Source: a virus (Duplodnaviria; Caudoviricetes). From it: 64,000 bases of DNA. The stretch lies in IMG/VR virus record IMGVR_UViG_3300032240_001498, positions 64,001-128,000 of that record. One strand, written 5' to 3'. This document shows, piece after piece, positions 24,703 through 34,266 of the stretch. The notes under the pieces were generated by a model. The model did not search any database. It saw nothing but the letters and a program-made list of their open reading frames with translations, and was not told the origin of the DNA. Within the stretch, counting starts at the first letter, position 1. The number at the start of each line of letters is the position of its first letter. Both the position numbers and the translations under genes were made by a program.

Positions 24703-25884
24703 TTACTTGAAGCTTACGTTGTTAGATACGATCGAAACCTTACCTAAGTAGTCAGCGGCGTTACCCAATGATGAAGCAGTGTTTGTCAACTCAACATAGC
24801 CGTAGCGTGTTAAGAAACCAACTACTGGTTCAAATGTTGCTGGATCTAGAACAACACCAGAGCTCATCAACGGAATATAAGGGCAATAGAACGCGGCAGC
24901 ATCTGCCTCGCTAGGACCTTTATAACCAATTAGAACTTGGTTTGCATCTTGACCTGTATCGCTTAGATATGCGTCAACATAAATGCGCATTGCACCATTC
25001 AATGTACCAACAAACTTAGTGTTTGTAGGTGCTTCGAATGTACCTTCTGTGGTACGTGCAAAAGCAGATGTTGTTGCAGACTGAAGAATTGTAAGTGCTT
25101 GTGAACTTACAACAGCCCAGTTACCAGCGCCACGACGTGTGCGTTGAGCAATCTTGTTAGCAACACGGTTGATCTGAATTGCCAATGCGGCATGTTCGTC
25201 ACCAACGAATGTAGCTGTACCAGAAACTAATGACTGGTCATATGTTTCTTCAACAGATGCTAAACTACGTAGTGAAGCCAATACTTCTTGGTCGATTTCA
25301 GCAGTAATTTCTTGTGCTAAAGCGGCCATGATTTCTGCTTCGATATCAATACCTTGTTGAGCTTGTGCATCTTGAGCGGCTTCGAAAGTCCAACGAGCTG
25401 ATAGCTTGCGTGACTTGGCTTCGACTGGTGCCTTCAAGATTTGAATGCTCATGCGCTTACCTGGTGTACCTTCCATCGCCGCTGTTGTCTGCGCCTTTGG
25501 ATATGTAGCATCATTGTTGCCAGAATAGGCTTGAGCAATTTTGAATGGGCTCAATGCTTCTTCACCAGCTGTAACGTCAGAGCCATTGTCTGCGTAACGA
25601 ACACGTAGAGTATGGATTTGACCAACTGGGCCAGTCATTGGTTGTACGCCAACGATTTCGTTAGCAATGACTGTAGGCATAACACGACGAATCACTGGTA
25701 GGATTACGCGGTTAAGTGTTGCAACGTTACCTGCAGATGTAGCACCTGCTGTTGCACTTTCAATTAGGTGACGGCGTGTATTTTCCAAGCATGTTTGCAT
25801 GGAGGCACGACGGTTCCCTTGTAACCCTTCTAATAGGGCTTCTTTGGTTTCTGACCATCTTTCGTTCAGAAGTTGTGACATCAT
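24703..25884 (-). CDS. gp23: Major capsid protein, T4 gp23 family (393 aa)
   Basis: Motifs IRRVMP..IANEIVGVQPMTGP, KSRKLSARWTFEAAQD...EAEIMAALAQEITAEIDQE, FYCPYIPL and GFLTRYG; AGGAG SD. Confidence 0.95.
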   Translation of the reverse strand: MMSQLLNERWSETKEALLEGLQGNRRASMQTCLENTRRHLIESATAGATSAGNVATLNRVILPVIRRVMPTVIANEIVGVQPMTGPVGQIHTLRVRYADNGSDVTAGEEALSPFKIAQAYSGNNDATYPKAQTTAAMEGTPGKRMSIQILKAPVEAKSRKLSARWTFEAAQDAQAQQGIDIEAEIMAALAQEITAEIDQEVLASLRSLASVEETYDQSLVSGTATFVGDEHAALAIQINRVANKIAQRTRRGAGNWAVVSSQALTILQSATTSAFARTTEGTFEAPTNTKFVGTLNGAMRIYVDAYLSDTGQDANQVLIGYKGPSEADAAAFYCPYIPLMSSGVVLDPATFEPVVGFLTRYGYVELTNTASSLGNAADYLGKVSIVSNNVSFK

Positions 25885-25897
25885 TTTCTCCTTAAAT

Positions 25898-26995
25898 TTA
25901 CTTTGCTAGACCCGCTAACTTGCGGATGTCTACAATGTTGTCAAAGCCTACCTCAGGCTGATTTTTTACCTCACGATCGCCAGTAACAGATGCTTGTGTC
26001 TTGCTTTCGGCAATAACTTGCTTTTGTTTACGACTTTCGCCTTCCATTACTGCGGGTAGGTATTTGTCGAATGCATTAGCTAACTTTGTTGTCTGTACAG
26101 ACTCTAATAGTTCGCTCATGACACCCTTCTTCTCAGCACTTAAAGGTGCTAATAGTTCGCTCATTACTTTTGCACGTTCCATTAAATCTTTCGTAACGCG
26201 AAGATCGCGGTCTTTGGATTCGGCAATGGCTTGTACTTTAGCAACGGCTTCCTGTGCTTCGGCAATTTCTTGTTCTTTCTTATCTACGATCTTTAACAAG
26301 CGACTTGTCTCAGATTTTTCGTTAAGGTATGAATGTTGAAATTCCTGTGCAAATGCTTCAAAAATACGGCGACCAAAATTGCTTGTGCGAGCAGATTCGA
26401 TGTCTTCTTTCAACTGATGTAACTCTGTTGTTAGTTGACGGCTAACTGTTTCTTTAACAAGTTCGGCACTACGATTTATGAATTCTTTCTTGACTTCTGC
26501 AAATTTGCTCTTGGCTTCACGGACAAGTTTAACTTTCGCTTCAACTATGTCTTTCTTGTCTTGTGCAAATTCTGAAATCTCTTTGGCCAATGCGTTGATA
26601 ACGAATTGTTCCATCTTTTGGAAATTCTCGCTGACCTTTGTACGATCATTTTGAAATTCCACAAGTTCTTTGGCTAATTGAGTCATAACAAAAGATTCCA
26701 TTGTTTTAGAATCAGCTGTCATTCTACGCTTGTACTCAGCTTTGGTTTCTGCCAATGCCTTGCGATCTTGCGCAAACTCACCTAGCTCTGCGGCTAAGCG
26801 TTCGCTTACTAATTTGTCGATTGACTCTACTAACACACCTTTATCGTGTGTATAGCGTTGGGCAAACTCTTCTCTTAGTTGAGCGGTTACTTGGTCGCGA
26901 TTCTCTTGAATCTTAGTTGCATAAGCGGCTTCTAGATCAGTACGAATTTCTTCGCTGATCACACCACTTTCTACTAACTGTTTGAATGCGTCCAT
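25898..26995 (-). CDS. gp22: Prohead core scaffolding protein, T4 gp22-like (365 aa)
   Basis: Coiled-coil, Glu/Lys-rich protein between the protease and capsid genes, as in T4 order 21-22-23. Confidence 0.8.
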   Translation of the reverse strand: MDAFKQLVESGVISEEIRTDLEAAYATKIQENRDQVTAQLREEFAQRYTHDKGVLVESIDKLVSERLAAELGEFAQDRKALAETKAEYKRRMTADSKTMESFVMTQLAKELVEFQNDRTKVSENFQKMEQFVINALAKEISEFAQDKKDIVEAKVKLVREAKSKFAEVKKEFINRSAELVKETVSRQLTTELHQLKEDIESARTSNFGRRIFEAFAQEFQHSYLNEKSETSRLLKIVDKKEQEIAEAQEAVAKVQAIAESKDRDLRVTKDLMERAKVMSELLAPLSAEKKGVMSELLESVQTTKLANAFDKYLPAVMEGESRKQKQVIAESKTQASVTGDREVKNQPEVGFDNIVDIRKLAGLAK

Positions 26996-27005
26996 TTATT
27001 TCTCC

Positions 27006-27632
27006 TTAGGCTTTAAGGCCACTGATAATACTCAACACCACCTCACGGAGGTGCTTCTGTGCCCTAGGATCTTCTTTCACTTCTTTAGCTACCTGTAATG
27101 CACGATATCCGCCACGAGCGTTCATGATATGCTCATAAACGGGTGTTGGGTACGCACCAGGTGCGCTTGGTTGAGCAACTATATCAACTGTGATAATCTC
27201 AAACTCGGAAACATTGCCAGAGCGATCGTCAACGTTACCGCTGCCTCTCGAACTAACACCTAGTTTTACTCCGCTTTCAAGCATGACACGAATTAGTTGT
27301 CCCATTGGAGTAGGCAAAATTTTCATTTTGCCATATCCGTTCGGACCTTCCATCCACATTTGAGTGATCATATGGGACACACGGTCTAAATTTACTTTAA
27401 GGTCATCTGGATGATCAACTTCTCCAAGAACGCTATAACCATTCTGAATTTGGTCGTTGAGAGTCTTTACAGCGATTTCGATTTCCTTGACTGGATAAAC
27501 CCGCTGGTTTTGATTGCGAATACCGCCTTGGATGGCAATGCCTTTTAGATAAAGGCTCTTGCCGTCTTTGTCATCGCTCTCTACGACCGCATTAGCTTGG
27601 TCGAAGCTAAGGTGTTCTCGTAAAAATTGCAT
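27006..27632 (-). CDS. gp21: Prohead core protease, T4 gp21 family
   Basis: Motifs NQNQRVYP, GEVDHP, VSHMIT, GVSSRGSG and DIVAQPSAPGA. Start placed at ATG 27632; the track uses GTG 27644. Confidence 0.92.
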   Translation of the reverse strand: MQFLREHLSFDQANAVVESDDKDGKSLYLKGIAIQGGIRNQNQRVYPVKEIEIAVKTLNDQIQNGYSVLGEVDHPDDLKVNLDRVSHMITQMWMEGPNGYGKMKILPTPMGQLIRVMLESGVKLGVSSRGSGNVDDRSGNVSEFEIITVDIVAQPSAPGAYPTPVYEHIMNARGGYRALQVAKEVKEDPRAQKHLREVVLSIISGLKA

Positions 27633-27651
27633 CTTGGTAGTCACCTAGATA

Positions 27652-28617
27652 TTAACCTTGTTTGTGATCAACAACTGACTTTGGGCTACCAACTGATGTT
27701 TGACCAGCTTTGTCGCCTGTTCCAGATCCTACTGGACCTGCTGTTTTGTTGTTGCCTGGGTAACCAGCACCTTGCTTAGTTACTGTTTTGATACCAGACT
27801 TAACACCGTCAACGTTGTGTGTATTTGGGCTTGTAAACTTGCCTTTGATACCACCGACTAAGCCTTCGCCGCCTTTGATATTTGAATCACTGGCTGTTTG
27901 ACCTTGTGCAATGTTGTGTGCGCTTACGCTACCACCGCTCGGACGGTTCTTTGGGTTAGCATTGATTGGACCAGCTTTTCCGTCGCCTTGTTCAGACTTG
28001 TTAGAAATGCCGTTGCCAGAACCGTATGCTTGGCCAACTTTCTCTGTATACTCGCGTACACGAGTGCGACTTTCAGCAAAAGGATTACCTTCGCTTTCTT
28101 CGCCTTCGTCATCAGATTCTTCGCCGTCTTCTTCGCCTGCGTCCATGTCGTCTAGTGCGCCGCCATGTACATCTGGATCTTCTTCTTCCTCATGCTTTTC
28201 GCCAGCGATCAATTTAGCAAATTCTGCTTTCAATTCATCTAAAGCGTCAGCTAGATCTTGTACATCATCAGCAGTTGCTGGTGTACCGTCGCCATCTACA
28301 TCGCCAGCTTCTTCGCCGTCTTCAGCGCCTGGGCCTTCTGTATCTGCTGTGTCAGCGGCAAAATCATCGGTAGCAGAGCCACCTATGTCATCGCCTTCGG
28401 CTTCTTCTTCTTCCATGCCAAAAGCTTCTTCTACGCTTTCGTCTTCTTGTTCTTCTTCTTCTTTCTTGTCTTCGTCTTCGTCTTCTTCAGCTTCTTCAGC
28501 GATCAAGTTTTCGTAGATATCACGTGACTTCTCTACAACGATCTCATGGAATAGCTCTTCAGCTTTTTCCTTTTCTTCGTTTACGATATAGTCTAATAGT
28601 TGTTCGAATTTATTCAT
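27652..28617 (-). CDS. Acidic prohead core/internal protein (321 aa)
   Basis: Start reassigned to ATG 28617 (AGGAG SD 7 nt upstream). The N-half is extremely Glu/Asp-rich and the C-half Gly/Lys/Ser-rich. It lies between portal and protease, where T4 has gp67/gp68. Confidence 0.75.
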   Translation of the reverse strand: MNKFEQLLDYIVNEEKEKAEELFHEIVVEKSRDIYENLIAEEAEEDEDEDKKEEEEQEDESVEEAFGMEEEEAEGDDIGGSATDDFAADTADTEGPGAEDGEEAGDVDGDGTPATADDVQDLADALDELKAEFAKLIAGEKHEEEEDPDVHGGALDDMDAGEEDGEESDDEGEESEGNPFAESRTRVREYTEKVGQAYGSGNGISNKSEQGDGKAGPINANPKNRPSGGSVSAHNIAQGQTASDSNIKGGEGLVGGIKGKFTSPNTHNVDGVKSGIKTVTKQGAGYPGNNKTAGPVGSGTGDKAGQTSVGSPKSVVDHKQG

Positions 28618-28665
28618 TGCGGGTTTCTCCTGTTGGGTTGTCAAGGGGTGAATAATATATAAGCA

Positions 28666-28671
28666 TATTTA
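28666..28671 (-). promoter_or_regulatory. Late promoter box TAAATA for the core-protease-scaffold-capsid operon
   Basis: TGTAAATA about 50 nt upstream of the ATG at 28617. Confidence 0.6.
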
Positions 28672-28822
28672 CAGCTCACGTATATTAATTATGTGAAATA
28701 GGCCAAAAACGAGTCTTTTTGGCATTTAGGTGACGAAACTTAGTTATATTTTCCTAAGTTTGTATTGAATTTTGTTTAAAATATTTAAGTCTTATTTTTT
28801 TGAATTAAACTACGAGTTTATT

Positions 28823-29077
28823 TTATGCCGGAGCGGCACCTTCTTCTTCAGTTGGCATTGCGTACATCTGGCGTACTACTATCAAATTCTCTTTGGTTTC
28901 ACGCTCTCTAGCTTCACTTGCTCTGCGCAGATCGTTTATCATGCGTAGTGTCAAGCGGGTCTTACGTGTGTCTTTATCATGCAGGATTGATGTTTTATCA
29001 TCCAAAGGATCGTAACGACCTTTGTCGGACATTTCCTCTTGATCAGGACTAAAGTAAATGAATTCGTTTAATAGCAT
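28823..29077 (-). CDS. Small hypothetical head-region protein (84 aa, MLLNEFIYF...)
   Basis: Start reassigned to ATG 29077, 5 nt after TAAATA (29083-29088). The longer track ORF overlaps the portal C-terminus. Confidence 0.7.
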   Translation of the reverse strand: MLLNEFIYFSPDQEEMSDKGRYDPLDDKTSILHDKDTRKTRLTLRMINDLRRASEARERETKENLIVVRQMYAMPTEEEGAAPA

Positions 29078-29082
29078 GTCTA

Positions 29083-29088
29083 TATTTA
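29083..29088 (-). promoter_or_regulatory. Late promoter box TAAATA, 5 nt before the ATG
   Basis: GGTAAATA-TAGAC-ATG. Confidence 0.6.
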
Positions 29089-29093
29089 CCAGA

Positions 29094-30833
29094 TTACATC
29101 GGACCTTGAGGTGCACCGCTACCGCCGCCACCTGCTGATCCTGCGCTAGGAGCCATCGCGGCATTGCCAGCGCCATCCATTTCATCTGCGCCCTGCATCT
29201 CCGGAGTACCTGGGTCTGATTGTCCTAGGCTATCCATATCTCCGCCCATGCCGCCTGCTGTAATGCCCGCTGAACGCAGTTCTGCAGAAGCACTAATAGG
29301 CTTAGTCTTGTCAAGATTTTCTTCTTCCCACATCTCTTGATTCTCTGCAATCTCTTCTTGTTTGAGTCCTAAGAAGCGTTTTAGCGCATAGCGTTTGCTG
29401 ATAAAGGGTAGCGCAACAATGCTACCAAATGTGTTGATACGGACTCCGTCCATCTCTGCTTGACGGTAACTTGCAAAGTTCTGTGGAGGATTAAATGTAA
29501 CATCAAACAGGTTAGGATCGATGTTAATGCCTTTTGAATACAAGTATGTTTTAAACTCTTGATCAAATGCTGAGTTCATTAGACTCTGTAGGCGTTCGCA
29601 ATATTTGTTAAAACGTAGCTCTTGAATATAGGCTGTTCCTACACGGCCGTCATTAAAGTTACTTCCGCCATCGTCTGATCCTGTAGGCAAATAACTGCTA
29701 GGAATACGTAGGGCACGGAATAATTTGTTAGTGAAATAACGCAAGTCGTCAATCTCACCTAGGTTAGTACCGCCTGGTAACACGTCAACTTTTGATCCAC
29801 GACCTTCTGCTGTCTGCGGAAAGAAGTAGTCTTCGTTGATTGATAATGGATTGTAACTGCTGTCAATTAGGTTAGTTCCGCCGCCTGTTAAGCTAGGAAT
29901 ACGTCTTTGGTTAATTTCATTCTTAACACGCTCAACAAAGCCCATAGCCAAATGGCTTGGCATGTTTCCTACGTCGATGTAGAATACACGACGTTCTGGA
30001 GCTCGCTGTATACGATAGATAATAATAGCATCTTCCAGCAGTTCTTTCTGCTTATAGACCTTGAAAATGCTCTCTAATAGGCTGTTTCCGAAGGGAAAGT
30101 TGTTGTCTAGACCTTCTGATAGACTAATGTGAATAACGTGTTTTGCATCAACAGGATGTTGATTTTGATTCATTTGGAAACGGTTACCAGCGTTTGGTGT
30201 AGCACCGCCTACCATACCGCGTGAGCCGCCTGCATTGGCTGTGCCAAACGATGAACCACCCCCCATACCACTGTTCTGATTGCTGGGGTTGATACTGGTT
30301 GCTGTTAGACTTTGTAAGTTGATGTTTAGGTCACGGATAACATACTGCTCAGGTTTCTTGCCTTCGCTTTCGTTAACAATGATACGGTCAACCTTGGCAG
30401 GATCTACATAAACCCATGCTTGTGTTTCTGGATCACGAATAAAGAAACTGTCACCGTACTTGAATACATTGCGTACCACTTTGAAGATACGCTTTTGGAA
30501 TAGGTTAAGTTTGGTCCACTGCTGTAGATACTTTTTAAGGATCTTGATTTCTGTAGGAGTAGCTTGATCTTTAAAATCAAGTTCAAACGGGGTGCCGTTT
30601 TCTTCGTTGATCTGTGAGCAGAATTCTGCTAGGATGTCTAGGGCCGCGTTAACTTCTGAGTCACCGTCCATTGTATCGTACTGACTATAACGCTCTAGTC
30701 TGTTGGGATGTCCTGTGTAAACATCAGGCAAGTAACTGCTGTAGTTTGCACGTTGCGGGCTTGCACCTGACTGGCCACTAATAGGGCCAAAGTTGCCTGT
30801 CGAAACTGGGGTAAAGTATTTTTTCCAACTCAT
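29094..30833 (-). CDS. gp20: Portal vertex protein, T4 gp20 family (579 aa)
   Basis: Motifs IIYRIQRAPERRVFYIDVGNMP, EDYFFP...GRGSKVDVLPGG.NLGEIDD, LFRALRIP and ELRFNKY. Confidence 0.95.
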   Translation of the reverse strand: MSWKKYFTPVSTGNFGPISGQSGASPQRANYSSYLPDVYTGHPNRLERYSQYDTMDGDSEVNAALDILAEFCSQINEENGTPFELDFKDQATPTEIKILKKYLQQWTKLNLFQKRIFKVVRNVFKYGDSFFIRDPETQAWVYVDPAKVDRIIVNESEGKKPEQYVIRDLNINLQSLTATSINPSNQNSGMGGGSSFGTANAGGSRGMVGGATPNAGNRFQMNQNQHPVDAKHVIHISLSEGLDNNFPFGNSLLESIFKVYKQKELLEDAIIIYRIQRAPERRVFYIDVGNMPSHLAMGFVERVKNEINQRRIPSLTGGGTNLIDSSYNPLSINEDYFFPQTAEGRGSKVDVLPGGTNLGEIDDLRYFTNKLFRALRIPSSYLPTGSDDGGSNFNDGRVGTAYIQELRFNKYCERLQSLMNSAFDQEFKTYLYSKGINIDPNLFDVTFNPPQNFASYRQAEMDGVRINTFGSIVALPFISKRYALKRFLGLKQEEIAENQEMWEEENLDKTKPISASAELRSAGITAGGMGGDMDSLGQSDPGTPEMQGADEMDGAGNAAMAPSAGSAGGGGSGAPQGPM

Positions 30834-30839
30834 ATATTA

Positions 30840-33269
30840 TTATGCCATTAGTCTATTTCCGGTTGCCCGGTTAATCATTGTACGCTGATTCTCGACCATA
30901 GTAGCGAGTATCTTATTCTGCATTGCTGTAGCTCTATTTAACGTAATTAGATGTTCTACGACTAAATCTGACTGTCCAATTTCTGCTTTTACTGTTGTGC
31001 CACCTGATGCTTGTTGAATGCCTTTTGCTAAATTTGTCAGCTGTTCTTCTGTTAGTACAGCTTCTTTGCCGTGAAGTTTTACCAGCTCTTCTCTACCAAA
31101 ATCTTGTAGCAGTTTACCAGAACCTGCTGTACCTGAAGCAAATTCTTTTACTTTATAGTCTTTGATACTTTGCATAGAAGCAAAGGCTCCGATACCTAAC
31201 TCAATTTGATTAGCTTCCGCATTTGCTTGTTTTTGCTTTTCTATTTGTTTTTTCTTTAGGTCGTCTATGCCTGCTAATACTTCTTTTTCCATGGCGCCGT
31301 TAGCTACTTGCGATTCTTTTATTATATCTGCATGAGTTTTTCCGTATTTTTTTGCCATAGCTTCTATTTGAGTATCATATATCTTACTCTCATCTACAAA
31401 TCCTTTAGCTTTATCACGAACTTCTTGTGCAAGAGCTAACCGTCCTTCCCTAATTGTCTTGTTTATATCTGCTAATTCTTCTTTTTCTTTGGGCGAGGCC
31501 GAGTCTCCCTTGCCTATTAATTCTTGCCTACGTACCGGATCAATACCTTGTAAAGATTCAATCCTTGACTGACGTCCTAAACTTTCGGCCGCGTCGCCAA
31601 ATAATTTTCTACCTAACCAGCTTGTACTAAATGTTTCTAGCATTTTTGCCAACATGCCTTTGAACCAACCACTTATTTTTTTCCAAGCGCCTTCAGGATC
31701 ATTAAATGCATATTCAATAAAATCTGCTACTTTCTTCAATGCGTCTTTTATATCAGGCAAATGATGTGTTACTAAATCTGAAAATCTCTTAATAAGTTGT
31801 AGTCCTATTTTATTTAGAGATTCTATTATAGGAAGCAATGCTGAAACTAATTGCTGACCTAACTGTTTCATAGCAAGATCAACTTTTGCTTGAGCTGCCG
31901 CGGCTTTAGCATCGTCTGATTGCTTTTGACGAGCATCAATAATAGCTTGCTTAATAGCGGCTTCTTCTTTCATTCCTTTACCAATATAATTGTTAGCGGC
32001 TTCTTGTATTTCTAGAAGTGCTTTAGCTCCGCCTTCACTGCCCTGGCCCATGGCCATGATATTAGTTCTAAATTTTTCAAGATCTTTAATGTTTGATGCC
32101 ATGCCTTTAGCAAACAGGACATCTAGTTGATTGATTGTGTTGGTGGCATTTTTGTTATTTTTTACAGCTGAAACCATGTCTTGCAACGCTCGTGTACCAC
32201 CGCTCATCGTTGAAATAAATGTTTGACCTTCTTGACTGAAAGGTCCTGCAAAGCCCATAAACATTGCTTTAATAGCATCAACGCCGCCTTTACCACCTAA
32301 CATTCTAGCACGTTCAACTGCTTGTGTTGCTAATCGTTGTTGCTCTTCTGGAAGTCCTGCGAGGTACATTTTCCAACTGGCTTCTTGAGCATCTGCTTGC
32401 ATTTTCTTTTGTATTGCTTCTCTGCTTTCTCCAGTTAGTCGAGAGAGGAAATCTAATTCTTTACCGTACTCACCTGCGGCTTTGGCAAGGCGCTGTTGTT
32501 CAGATGTTACATCTTTGCCCACTTTAAGTCCGTCACCGGTCGTAGCAATATAGTCACCAACTAGGCCATTTATCTCACTAAAAGTGTAACCTAACCCCAT
32601 TAGTGTTGTACCCATTTTGCTGTTGATTAATGAATTATTAATCGCTACAAGATTTTTAGCACCAGCACTTGCGCTACCACCTAGGCGTGCTAATGCATCT
32701 TGATTTTTAGCAAACATTGCGGCAAACTCATCCATGTTTAACCCAAGTCCTAATGCTTGAACTCTAAGCCCACCTAGACTACTGGTTAAGCCTGCACCTG
32801 TCTGACTTATTGTCCTATAGGTATCTATTTGCTTTTCCATAAACTTTTGAGCACTGGCTAAAAGTTGTGCAAACATTCCAAGTCCTAACGGTAAGTCTTT
32901 GAATGCCTTAAAGAAATCACTGGCACGGGCAGTTCCGTCCATTAGCTGTTCGCCAAATGCGGCTAGGTTGCCTATGGTCTTAGTAATACCTCCGACCATG
33001 TCCATTAAGAATCCACCAGCTAAATTTGCGGCGCCACCTAACAATCCCAGTCCGCCGCCTTTACCACCACCACCACCGTCACCTTGCTTGTCTAGAGATT
33101 CTTGAATTTTTTTACTATCAATACCTGCCTTCTTGGCCATTTCTGCAAGGACAGCACTATCTTTCTGTGCAAGTTTTAACAATGCGAATAAGGTAGTTTC
33201 CGTCGCGGCATTGTTTAACTCAATTGGTTCATTGCCAAAGGTACCTTTGACTGTTTCTTTTCCGGCCAT
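30840..33269 (-). CDS. Tape-measure-like protein (809 aa)
   Basis: Helical, Ala/Gly-rich, with a Gly-rich hydrophobic N-terminal segment and a C-terminal FASG...LHGKEAVL motif. Divergent from the chaperone-like gene. Confidence 0.7.
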   Translation of the reverse strand: MAGKETVKGTFGNEPIELNNAATETTLFALLKLAQKDSAVLAEMAKKAGIDSKKIQESLDKQGDGGGGGKGGGLGLLGGAANLAGGFLMDMVGGITKTIGNLAAFGEQLMDGTARASDFFKAFKDLPLGLGMFAQLLASAQKFMEKQIDTYRTISQTGAGLTSSLGGLRVQALGLGLNMDEFAAMFAKNQDALARLGGSASAGAKNLVAINNSLINSKMGTTLMGLGYTFSEINGLVGDYIATTGDGLKVGKDVTSEQQRLAKAAGEYGKELDFLSRLTGESREAIQKKMQADAQEASWKMYLAGLPEEQQRLATQAVERARMLGGKGGVDAIKAMFMGFAGPFSQEGQTFISTMSGGTRALQDMVSAVKNNKNATNTINQLDVLFAKGMASNIKDLEKFRTNIMAMGQGSEGGAKALLEIQEAANNYIGKGMKEEAAIKQAIIDARQKQSDDAKAAAAQAKVDLAMKQLGQQLVSALLPIIESLNKIGLQLIKRFSDLVTHHLPDIKDALKKVADFIEYAFNDPEGAWKKISGWFKGMLAKMLETFSTSWLGRKLFGDAAESLGRQSRIESLQGIDPVRRQELIGKGDSASPKEKEELADINKTIREGRLALAQEVRDKAKGFVDESKIYDTQIEAMAKKYGKTHADIIKESQVANGAMEKEVLAGIDDLKKKQIEKQKQANAEANQIELGIGAFASMQSIKDYKVKEFASGTAGSGKLLQDFGREELVKLHGKEAVLTEEQLTNLAKGIQQASGGTTVKAEIGQSDLVVEHLITLNRATAMQNKILATMVENQRTMINRATGNRLMA

Positions 33270-33298
33270 GGTTTAAAATTCCTGGTTATATGCGTAGA

Positions 33299-33330
33299 TA
33301 AATAAGTGTATCAGATTGCCATATTATTTA
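33299..33330. promoter_or_regulatory. Crossed pair of late promoter boxes (+ TAAATA 33299-33304, - TAAATA 33325-33330)
   Basis: Both lie in the 74-bp gap between the divergent genes at 33269 and 33344. Confidence 0.65.
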
Positions 33331-33343
33331 TCGGAGTGTAAAC

Positions 33344-34219
33344 ATGCCTGAAACAACTGTACCAGCAGTAAAAATTAACCCGCTGTTGAGCATACTAAGA
33401 CAGCCTAAAATCTATATCAAGTTACCTAGCGGTGGAAAATACTATCCAGAGGGATCTATTAATATCAGTATCACTGGAGAATATCCTGTATTCTCAATGA
33501 CTGCTAAAGACGAGCTAACATTTAAAACGCCCGATGCACTGATGAACGGACAGGCCCTTGTAGACGTAATTCAAAGCTGTATGCCTAACATTGTTAATGC
33601 TTGGGAAATACCACAGATTGACTTAGACTGTATGTTGTGCGCTATCCGATTGGCTACTTACGGAAATAAGATGTCACTAAACATTACACACCCAACAATG
33701 GATGAGCCGTCTGAGTATGAAGTCGATCTTCACAATGTCTTAGATTCTTTGCAAAACGTAGTTCAATGGGATGATCGATTTGAAGTAACACCTGAGTTAG
33801 TAGTCTATATCAAACCCTTAAACTATAAGGCACAGGCAGAAGCACAGATAAGTGAATTTGATACACAGAGACTGGTATCTGTTATTAGAGACGAAAATCT
33901 ATCAGAAGAAGACAAGCTCACAGCATTTAAGTCTGCGTTCAATAAACTAAGCCAAAAGACAATTTCTATTGTCGGTAAAGCAATTTATAAAATTGAAAGT
34001 ACAGCAGGTGTAGTTGAGGAACCTGAGTTTATTCAAGAGTTTATTGAAAAATGTGATAGTGCTATCTTTGAAAAGATCAAAGATAGACTAGGACTCCTAA
34101 ATTCTAACAACAAACTGAAACCTCTGTCAATTGCCAGCACTCCAGAAATGCAGGAAAAAGGTGCTCCAGAATTTATTGAAGTTCCATTTACGTTTGACGA
34201 ATCAAATTTTTTCGGATAA
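33344..34219 (+). CDS. Baseplate hub assembly/tail chaperone protein, T4 gp26-like (291 aa)
   Basis: Motifs IKLPSGGKYY, MTAKDELTFK.PDAL.NG, D...CAIRLATYG and a C-terminal NFF; GGAG SD. Confidence 0.7.
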   Translation: MPETTVPAVKINPLLSILRQPKIYIKLPSGGKYYPEGSINISITGEYPVFSMTAKDELTFKTPDALMNGQALVDVIQSCMPNIVNAWEIPQIDLDCMLCAIRLATYGNKMSLNITHPTMDEPSEYEVDLHNVLDSLQNVVQWDDRFEVTPELVVYIKPLNYKAQAEAQISEFDTQRLVSVIRDENLSEEDKLTAFKSAFNKLSQKTISIVGKAIYKIESTAGVVEEPEFIQEFIEKCDSAIFEKIKDRLGLLNSNNKLKPLSIASTPEMQEKGAPEFIEVPFTFDESNFFG

Positions 34220-34266
34220 GGCTTCTATCTTTAACAACTGAAGAGATCCTTGAGTATGTCAATCAA

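Noticed and set aside
27898-28527. Plus-strand ORFs of 85-201 aa opposite the acidic core gene
   Set aside because: Ser/Phe/Leu-rich shadows of GAA/GAC codon runs on the other strand.
29078-29185. N-terminal extension of the 120-aa track ORF 28823-29185
   Set aside because: It overlaps the portal C-terminus. The TAAATA at 29083-29088 points to ATG 29077 as the start.
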